Shown here in pieces: positions 58,037 to 64,000 of a stretch of 64,000 nt of DNA. Each line of letters starts with the position of its first letter. Positions within the stretch are counted from its first letter, which is position 1. The notes beneath the pieces were generated by a model. That model did not search any database. It was not told the DNA's origin and saw only the letters and a program-made list of their open reading frames with translations. Source of the stretch: Bacteroidales bacterium (GTDB taxonomy: Bacteria > Bacteroidota > Bacteroidia > Bacteroidales > UBA12077). Position numbers and translations under genes: made by a program. Where the stretch lies: the NCBI GenBank assembly GCA_003446015.1, contig DMBU01000193.1:11833-75832 (forward strand). Reading direction: 5' to 3'.

Positions 58037-58561
58037 ATGAAAAAACTCACAATTTTTATATTGGCAGTTCTTCTTATTTTCAATTATTCATGTATTACAG
58101 ATCAGAATAAATATAAGGAAACAGACATTTTTGAAGATTATGAAACCGAGAACGGATTTACTGTATTGCATATTCCGCCTGTTTTATTTAAAATAGTGAT
58201 ATCTGCTTCAGAAGAATCAGACCTAAGCTCAAAAGAACTTACAGATAAAATTGAACTTATTAAACTTATGTTCTTTGAAGAAAAGGGAAATACAATGAAA
58301 ATGAAAGATATCAAAGATTCAATGAATGCTAAGGTATCTGATTTCAACTATAATCTGTTAACCCGAATTGCTGAGAAAAACAACGACATATCTATTTATG
58401 TTATTGATATTGATAAAGTCATTCATGAAGTTTTAATTACAATTGCTTCGGAAAATAGTTATGTTGGTATAAATTTGATTGGAAATTTTACACAAGATGA
58501 AATTATGAAAGTTTATAAGGCGATTAACATGCAAAAAATTCAGAACTTCGACAAAAACTAA
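58037..58561 (+). CDS. DUF4252-like lipoprotein (copy 3, divergent).
   Basis: Lipobox 'FNYSC'. 'YETENGFTVLHIPPVLFKIV', 'IELIKLMFFEE' and 'VLITIASENSYVGINLIGNFTQDEI' parallel copies 1 and 2. Confidence 0.6.
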   Translation: MKKLTIFILAVLLIFNYSCITDQNKYKETDIFEDYETENGFTVLHIPPVLFKIVISASEESDLSSKELTDKIELIKLMFFEEKGNTMKMKDIKDSMNAKVSDFNYNLLTRIAEKNNDISIYVIDIDKVIHEVLITIASENSYVGINLIGNFTQDEIMKVYKAINMQKIQNFDKN

Positions 58562-58584
58562 TTCCTTATTCTAACAAAAAAGAT

Positions 58585-58614
58585 AGAGCGGATTTGACTT
58601 CTCGCTCTTTTTTT
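58585..58614 (+). terminator. Rho-independent terminator after the DUF4252 cluster.
   Basis: AGAGCG-12 nt-CGCTCT followed by T7. Confidence 0.65.
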
Positions 58615-58780
58615 GTTTTGGCACGATACTTGAATAATCAAATTCTGTAAACAATATAAATATAAATGCGTATATGTTTTTGTAAAAAACTGAAATTAAA
58701 TGAAACCATTTTACATTTTTTAACATCTATTCTATGAATTTATTAATTGAATTTTCTAATACTAACCAAAACTATAAACG

Positions 58781-59905
58781 ATGAGAAACATGAAAAAACT
58801 AATTACAATGATGCTTATGATGGCATCAGTATTTTTCTTTGCTTGTTCTGAAGATGAAGATAAAAAGTTATCACCGGAAGAAGCTAAAGCAGAACTAAAC
58901 AGCATGACTGATGATATGTCTGTAAAGTTAGATGAAATGAAAAATGCAGAAGGATTTAAGGCTATTGAAGCTTTGAATAATATGCCAGATCCTTTTGTTG
59001 AAACAATGTCATCAGGAAAAACTACAATTATCCAAAACATAAAAAAGTATACTTTGCCTTTATTTGATAAAACAAAAGTAAAAAGTATAGAAGGAAATTT
59101 TGATTTTGAGTATTGGTGGGGAACATACACCTGGGATCAAGAACATCAAATGTGGACAGTGGTTTTCGACGATCCAGCAGTTACCACTGACGATAAGATT
59201 GTTATTATTTTCCCTGCTGATGAAGCAAATATGAATAATAATAATGCAACAATTACTATTCTAGCCTATGAAGAAGTTGAGTTATCTGTTGATGGTTATT
59301 ACTACTACGAACCTATAGATATTGAGGCTAACATAGTTGTTGATGGAATAGAACTTGTTGGTATTGATTTTGCAGCTAATTGGGGCTCTCAAGGAGAGCT
59401 TGAAATGCTTGATGTTGAAGTATTTGTTCTTCCATTCACATTCTCTATTAATTTTAATATTGCTTCCGTTTCTGGTGATATAGACTTTGAAATTCTATAT
59501 AACTCTGAATCTTTATTTTCTATTGGATTAGATGCAACTTTTGCTGATGCCACAATGGAAATGCCAATTAATATTCATGGATATATTCAATATTTAAGTG
59601 TTAAATTTGATATAGATATTGATGTTCAAAACATTACTGATCTGGTTGCTCAAGTTCAAGCCAATCCGACGATGTATACACAAGAACAAATGCTTGAAAT
59701 GTTGAACAACGAAATTGATGCGGTAGTTCTGGTTAATGGTGTTAAAGCAGCAGATATTGAAATGGAAATAGATGCATTAACGGATGAACCATACCCTGTA
59801 TTTGTATATACTGATGGAACTTCTGAACCAGCTCAACCTTACCTGGAAGAATTCGTACTTAGTTTAGAAGATTTTTTTGATTTCATGGACTCTATTTACG
59901 GTTAA
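58781..59905 (+). CDS. Acidic lipoprotein of unknown function.
   Basis: Lipobox 'FFFACSEDED'. The protein is very Asp/Glu-rich with no motif I recognise. The start may be ATG at 58790 (MKKLI...). Confidence 0.6.
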   Translation: MRNMKKLITMMLMMASVFFFACSEDEDKKLSPEEAKAELNSMTDDMSVKLDEMKNAEGFKAIEALNNMPDPFVETMSSGKTTIIQNIKKYTLPLFDKTKVKSIEGNFDFEYWWGTYTWDQEHQMWTVVFDDPAVTTDDKIVIIFPADEANMNNNNATITILAYEEVELSVDGYYYYEPIDIEANIVVDGIELVGIDFAANWGSQGELEMLDVEVFVLPFTFSINFNIASVSGDIDFEILYNSESLFSIGLDATFADATMEMPINIHGYIQYLSVKFDIDIDVQNITDLVAQVQANPTMYTQEQMLEMLNNEIDAVVLVNGVKAADIEMEIDALTDEPYPVFVYTDGTSEPAQPYLEEFVLSLEDFFDFMDSIYG

Positions 59906-59916
59906 GATAATTATAT

Positions 59917-59949
59917 AAAAAAAAGGGCTTTTTTCAAAGCCCTTTTTTT
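59917..59949. terminator. Bidirectional rho-independent terminator.
   Basis: AAAAAAAA-GGGCTTT-TTTC-AAAGCCC-TTTTTTT between convergent genes. Overlaps the stop of the minus-strand gene. Confidence 0.8.
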
Positions 59950-61219
59950 ATGCTTTTTTTAATTCCAAAACAGTAATCTCAGGTGCCATTCCTATACGAC
60001 CTGGAAAACCAATATATCCAAAACCCCGATTAACATATAAATATTGATTATCTTCTTTGTATAAACCCGCCCAACGTGGGTATTTATATTTTACGGGACT
60101 CCATTTTATATTCCCAATTTCAATTCCAAACTGCATTCCATGTGTATGACCCGATAAGGTTAAATCAATATCTGTCCTATGAATAACTTCTGCATCCCAA
60201 TGTGAAGGATCGTGCGACATTAGTATTTTAAAGGGCAAATCAGCAGAACCATTCATTGCTAAAGAAAGGTTCCCATATTGAGGGAAAGGGGGTAATCCCC
60301 AATTTTCGACACCAATTAATGCAATATTAGATCCATTGAATTGAATTTCCTCAGATTCGTTTAAAAGTAATCGAAAGCCAATGTCGGCATGTGCTTGTTT
60401 CAGATTGTTAAGATTTTTGGCCTTTTCAGCTTCATTTTTCCAATCAAAGTAATCTCCATAATCATGATTACCCAAAATAGAGAACTTGCCGTATTTTGCC
60501 TTTAATTTGCTTAATATTGGAATCCAGCCATTTAATTCTTCAGCAAAGTTGTTTACCAGGTCGCCAGTAAATAAAATAACATCCGGATTTTGCTCATTTA
60601 CCAAATCAATAGCACTCTTAACCTGATTTTCATGACCCAGAAAGCTACCAATATGAATATCCGATATTTGAACTATTTTAAAACCATTGAAATCTGCGGG
60701 TAAATTCTGAAACGATAGCTTTTCATTTTCTATTCTAAAGTTGAACCTTCCTTTTGCCATTCCATAAAGAATTGATGTAAAAGGAATAGCAGCTGCAACC
60801 AACCCAATTTGAGTCATAAATTTCCCTCTTGATATGCTTTGAACATTTTTTACCAGGTCATTAGAATGATTGCTTGTTAATTTACTTATTAACCATTTTC
60901 CTAGATAAACAACATCATCGGTTAAATGAAAAACAATAAATACCAATTTTGGAATATAAAACAAAATAAATAATCCGGCTAATAAAAAGAAATTTTTAAA
61001 TATTCTGGGTTCCCTTTCGAAAGGGAGAAGTGTCCTGAAATATAGCAAGAACGAAATGATTAAAACTGGTATCATCCAGTAAAATAAATAAATGATATAT
61101 CTCAATCCATTTGATCCTAATGTTGAAACCAATAGTTTTATTCCCTTAAATGAGTATAAATCAACAAGCAAAATAAAAGTGAAAATAAAAACGAATATCA
61201 TAATAAACCTTTCTTTCAT
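59948..61219 (-). CDS. Membrane-anchored metallophosphoesterase (calcineurin-like, YkuE-type).
   Basis: N-terminal TM helices, then 'VQISDIHIGSF', 'TGDLVNN', 'ILGNHDY' and 'LSGHTHGMQ' phosphoesterase motifs. Confidence 0.85.
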   Translation of the reverse strand: MKERFIMIFVFIFTFILLVDLYSFKGIKLLVSTLGSNGLRYIIYLFYWMIPVLIISFLLYFRTLLPFEREPRIFKNFFLLAGLFILFYIPKLVFIVFHLTDDVVYLGKWLISKLTSNHSNDLVKNVQSISRGKFMTQIGLVAAAIPFTSILYGMAKGRFNFRIENEKLSFQNLPADFNGFKIVQISDIHIGSFLGHENQVKSAIDLVNEQNPDVILFTGDLVNNFAEELNGWIPILSKLKAKYGKFSILGNHDYGDYFDWKNEAEKAKNLNNLKQAHADIGFRLLLNESEEIQFNGSNIALIGVENWGLPPFPQYGNLSLAMNGSADLPFKILMSHDPSHWDAEVIHRTDIDLTLSGHTHGMQFGIEIGNIKWSPVKYKYPRWAGLYKEDNQYLYVNRGFGYIGFPGRIGMAPEITVLELKKA

Positions 61220-61412
61220 GTTTTATAATTTTTCTCCAAAAATCTAAAATTCTTTGAATAATAAACATCTTTTTACAGCGAATACAACAAATATAGGAAT
61301 GAATGTGTTAATTTTATAAAGCATTACATTTCTTTCTTTACACAAACAGAAACTCAAATGAATTGTTTAAATTTAGTAATAAAATTCATTTTGTTAAACT
61401 ATAAGTTTATTT

Positions 61413-61817
61413 ATGATTGATAAAGAATTAATAATTAAAGAATTAAGATACAAAACTTCGAGAAGTAGCGGGAGTGGAGGACAAAATGTAAATAAAGTAT
61501 CTACGAAAGTTGAACTTCGTTTTGATATTGATAATACTTCATTATTAACTGATACAGAAAAAGATACAATAAAGCTTAAATTAAAAAACAGAATATCATC
61601 GGAAAATATTTTAATTATCACTTCCGATTCAGAAAGAACACAGTTGAGAAATAAAAAGAAAGTAATTGAACTGTTTTTAGAATTATTAGAAAAGGCGCTA
61701 AAGAAACCCAAAAAGCGACTAAAAACGAAGCCTACCAGAACATCAAAGGAGAATCGATTAAAGGAAAAGAAGATTAAATCGGAGATAAAACAATCAAGAA
61801 AAATAAATGAAGATTGA
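61413..61817 (+). CDS. arfB: Alternative ribosome-rescue factor ArfB (peptidyl-tRNA hydrolase, YaeJ-like).
   Basis: 'SRSSGSGGQNVNKVSTKVELRF' GGQ motif plus a Lys/Arg-rich C-terminal tail. 134 aa. Confidence 0.88.
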   Translation: MIDKELIIKELRYKTSRSSGSGGQNVNKVSTKVELRFDIDNTSLLTDTEKDTIKLKLKNRISSENILIITSDSERTQLRNKKKVIELFLELLEKALKKPKKRLKTKPTRTSKENRLKEKKIKSEIKQSRKINED

Positions 61818-61889
61818 GCGAGAAACGGGTTTCGAACCCGCGACCTTCAGCTTGGGAAGCTGACGCTCTACCTACTGAGCTATTCTCGC
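61817..61889 (-). tRNA. tRNA-Gly (anticodon CCC).
   Basis: The reverse complement GCGAGAATAGCTCAGTAGGTAGAGCGTCAGCTTCCCAAGCTGAAGGTCGCGGGTTCGAAACCCGTTTCTCGCT folds as a cloverleaf. Acceptor GCGAGAA/TTCTCGC, anticodon stem TCAGC/GCTGA, loop TTCCCAA, discriminator U. Confidence 0.92.
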
Positions 61890-61935
61890 ATTCGATAAAA
61901 TTATTAAAAACTTTGAAATATTATTTAAAAAACAA

Positions 61936-62715
61936 CTATTTTTTTAACTTATCAATATCATTTTTCATTTCCTGAATCATGCTATACAACTTATTCGGAT
62001 TAAAATCGCTTGGTTCTGGTAAATCAAAACTTATAAAACCTAATGCTTTCCAAATTTCGTGTATTTCTTCAACCTTAATAGTGTATGGAGAATAATCTGG
62101 ATTATCCGATTTTAGTACAATCTCTCCCGATTCATTCACTTTATTGTACAGACGCTTATAAACGATTCCTTCATCTTTTGAAATCAAGATATAAGGCTTT
62201 CCATCATAAATTTCTTCCCAATTACCCAAATATTCACAAATTATATATGATCCGGACTTAATTGGTTCCATACTATCTCCTTTAATCTGAAAAACTCTAT
62301 ACGTTCTTTCCTTACTAAGCTCAACCAGCGGAAGCGAAAAATGCGGTAGTTCACTTATATAATCAGGATCAGCATATCCGTTGGTATAACCTGCCGAAGC
62401 ATGCACAGGAACAGTTGTTATTAACTCTTTATCATTCTGATCAACAATAGTGCTTATCACACGCAGATTGTCTCCTCTAATAAAATCTGTTATTGGCTCA
62501 TAGGATGATTCTGAAAGTTTCAATTTGATGATATCATCAATAGAAATACTAAAGAAGTATGCAATATCCTGAAGCACAGACAATTTTGGAACTGCCCTGT
62601 TTTCTTCGTATGAACCAATCATTGCTCGATTTACACCAATATTTTTGGCTAATTCTTCCTGTGTTAAACCTTTTGTCTTTCTCAGGTACTTAATATTATC
62701 ACCAATTAATTCCAT
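61936..62715 (-). CDS. CI-like HTH (XRE) / S24 peptidase repressor (non-canonical LexA-like).
   Basis: Met at 62715 gives 'MELIGDNIKYLRKTKGLTQEELAKNIGVNRAMIGSYEENRAVPKL' (an XRE HTH). The C-terminal 'RVFQIKGDSMEP' (Ser nucleophile) and 'VYKRL' (Lys) form an S24 autoprotease. The 70-aa N-terminal extension in the track ORF is low-complexity promoter read-through. Confidence 0.85.
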   Translation of the reverse strand: MELIGDNIKYLRKTKGLTQEELAKNIGVNRAMIGSYEENRAVPKLSVLQDIAYFFSISIDDIIKLKLSESSYEPITDFIRGDNLRVISTIVDQNDKELITTVPVHASAGYTNGYADPDYISELPHFSLPLVELSKERTYRVFQIKGDSMEPIKSGSYIICEYLGNWEEIYDGKPYILISKDEGIVYKRLYNKVNESGEIVLKSDNPDYSPYTIKVEEIHEIWKALGFISFDLPEPSDFNPNKLYSMIQEMKNDIDKLKK

Positions 62716-62736
62716 AGCAGTAATTTTTAAAAACAA

Positions 62737-62813
62737 TGCTAATATAATAAAATTACTAAATATTTTAGTTAATATGCAAATTAATTTAGTATATTTGCTA
62801 ATATTATTTGCAT
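62737..62813. promoter_or_regulatory. Candidate operator repeats in the divergent repressor / radical-SAM promoter region.
   Basis: TGCTAATAT occurs at 62737..62745 and 62796..62804. There is an 8-bp inverted repeat, ATGCAAAT 62774..62781 and ATTTGCAT 62806..62813. TTAGTnnATnTGCnAAT units lie 20 bp apart at 62766 and 62786. Confidence 0.3.
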
Positions 62814-62824
62814 TACAATCAGAA

Positions 62825-64000
62825 ATGAAACAAGAAAGTATTGATAAACTAAAAATATTAGCAAGTGCTGCCAGGTACGATGTTTCTTGTGCATCAAGTG
62901 GAAGTAACCGGCCAAATACTGGCAAAGGTCTTGGAAATGCAGCTCCCTGGGGAATTTGTCATAGTTTTACTGAAGATGGCCGGTGTATTTCATTAATGAA
63001 ATTGATGTTGACGAATCATTGCATTTACGACTGTGCATATTGTGCAAACAGAAAAAGTAACGATATTCCGCGTACAACGTTTACTGTTGATGAAGTAGTT
63101 GATTTAACCATCGAGTTTTACCGACGAAATTATATTGAAGGTTTATTTTTAAGTTCAGGGATAATAAAAAATCCCGATTATACCATGGAACGAATGGTCT
63201 GGGTCGCCAAAGACCTTAGGGTGAATCAAAATTACAATGGTTATATTCATTTAAAATCAATTCCGGGAGCAAGCGATCAGTTGCAGCAATTGGCAGGTTT
63301 ATATGCCGATCGTTTAAGCGTAAACATTGAAATTGCCACAGAAAACAATTTAAAAATGCTGGCTCCGGACAAGAATTATAAAAGTATTCTAAATCCTATG
63401 AATACGATAAAGAATAAAATTATTGAGAATAAAGAAGAAAGAAGTAAATTCAGGCATGCACCACGTTTTACACCTGCTGGTCAAAGCACTCAACTTATTA
63501 TTGGTGCAACACCTGATAATGATAAACATATCTTAAATCTGGCAGGTAATTTATATAATTCCAAAAACCTGAAAAGGGTCTATTATTCAGGATTTATACC
63601 AGTAAACAGCTACGACAAGCGGTTGCCGGCTATTATCGAGCCTCCTTTAAAACGTGAAAACAGATTATATCAAGCAGATTGGCTATTCAGGTTTTATCAT
63701 TTTACCATAGATGAAATTGTGAATGATGATCATCCCGATCTTGATTTGGAGATTGATCCTAAACTGAGTTACGCTTTGCGTAATCCATGGTTATTTCCTG
63801 TGGATATTAATAAAGCAAGCTATGAAACCATTTTAAGAGTTCCGGGAATTGGGGTTTTGTCGGCAAAAAAGATAATTCTAGGAAGAAGATATAACAAATT
63901 AAACCAATCGCATCTTAAAAAAATAGGAGTTGTTCTAAAACGAGCAAAATATTTTATTACTTGTAATGAGTTAAAAACGCCTACAATTCATGAGATTCAG
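62825..64000 (+). CDS. Putative DNA modification/repair radical SAM protein (TIGR03916-like). Partial: the C-terminus runs off the window end.
   Basis: My translation from ATG at 62825 is open for 392 codons to the window edge: 'MKQESIDKLKILASAARYDVSCASSG...LMLTNHCIYDCAYCANR' (CxxxCxxC) and 'VPGIGVLSAKKII' (helix-hairpin-helix). Not in the ORF track because no stop lies in the window. Confidence 0.85.
   Translation, partial: MKQESIDKLKILASAARYDVSCASSGSNRPNTGKGLGNAAPWGICHSFTEDGRCISLMKLMLTNHCIYDCAYCANRKSNDIPRTTFTVDEVVDLTIEFYRRNYIEGLFLSSGIIKNPDYTMERMVWVAKDLRVNQNYNGYIHLKSIPGASDQLQQLAGLYADRLSVNIEIATENNLKMLAPDKNYKSILNPMNTIKNKIIENKEERSKFRHAPRFTPAGQSTQLIIGATPDNDKHILNLAGNLYNSKNLKRVYYSGFIPVNSYDKRLPAIIEPPLKRENRLYQADWLFRFYHFTIDEIVNDDHPDLDLEIDPKLSYALRNPWLFPVDINKASYETILRVPGIGVLSAKKIILGRRYNKLNQSHLKKIGVVLKRAKYFITCNELKTPTIHEIQ

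Noticed and set aside
54598-61889. Region bounded by tRNA-Lys and tRNA-Gly as a possible integrated genomic island.
   Set aside because: There is no integrase, recombinase or transposase, I could find no direct repeat of either tRNA 3' end, and the gene content (thioesterase, ECF module, arfB, phosphoesterase) is not island-like. By eye the composition does not differ from the flanks.
62716-62925. 70-codon N-terminal extension of the repressor ORF (track 61936..62925).
   Set aside because: The extension runs through the AT-rich divergent promoter and overlaps the start of the radical-SAM gene on the other strand. The canonical HTH begins at the internal Met (62715), and the extension is low-complexity Leu/Ile/Ser/Phe.
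1-64000. Search for CRISPR arrays, rRNA genes, transposases or integrases, and prophage structural genes.
   Set aside because: I found no regularly spaced direct repeats of 24-48 bp, no rRNA-like conserved stretches, and no DDE or tyrosine-recombinase motifs in any listed ORF. I conclude these are absent from this window.

Overview
Low-GC (about 30-35% by eye), tightly packed chromosomal segment that looks like a marine or anaerobic member of the Bacteroidota. Supporting signs are a PorP/SprF-type T9SS protein, DUF4252/ECF-sigma and DUF5916 families, TAnnTTTG-type -7 promoter boxes, CGCAAAG/CACAAAG-type intergenic repeats, and a CI-like HTH-S24 repressor next to a radical-SAM DNA-repair gene. 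I support about 58 protein genes, including two partial ones at the window edges that the ORF track does not list: YceI-like at 1..432 (-) and a radical-SAM DNA-repair protein at 62825..64000 (+). I also support 2 tRNAs, Lys-UUU and Gly-CCC, both on the minus strand and read directly from the sequence, about a dozen rho-independent terminator hairpins, and 2 REP/MITE-like repeats. Most of the window is housekeeping: prfC, lipA, mtaB, pyrD, arfB, an acyl-CoA carboxylase trio, glpD, transporters. I see no transposase, integrase, CRISPR array or rRNA. Six regions deserve a second look. (1) A 4-gene Na+/solute-symporter operon ends in a membrane Cache-PAS-CBS-DUF294 nucleotidyltransferase, and its small subunit carries an internal insert. 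(2) A signal-peptide-bearing WD40-caspase fusion sits beside a flavodoxin-like gene and a MazEF pair. (3) A Crp-GlpD-AGPS-like flavoprotein-FGGY kinase cluster. (4) An 0.83-kb AT-rich non-coding region is studded with TTACA-N2-TGTAA palindromes upstream of a small XRE-type HTH gene. (5) An ECF sigma/anti-sigma pair is flanked by three DUF4252 paralogs. (6) A divergent non-canonical LexA-like repressor and radical-SAM repair cassette share a repeat-rich promoter region. All functional calls come from motif and family recognition by eye; I ran no searches.
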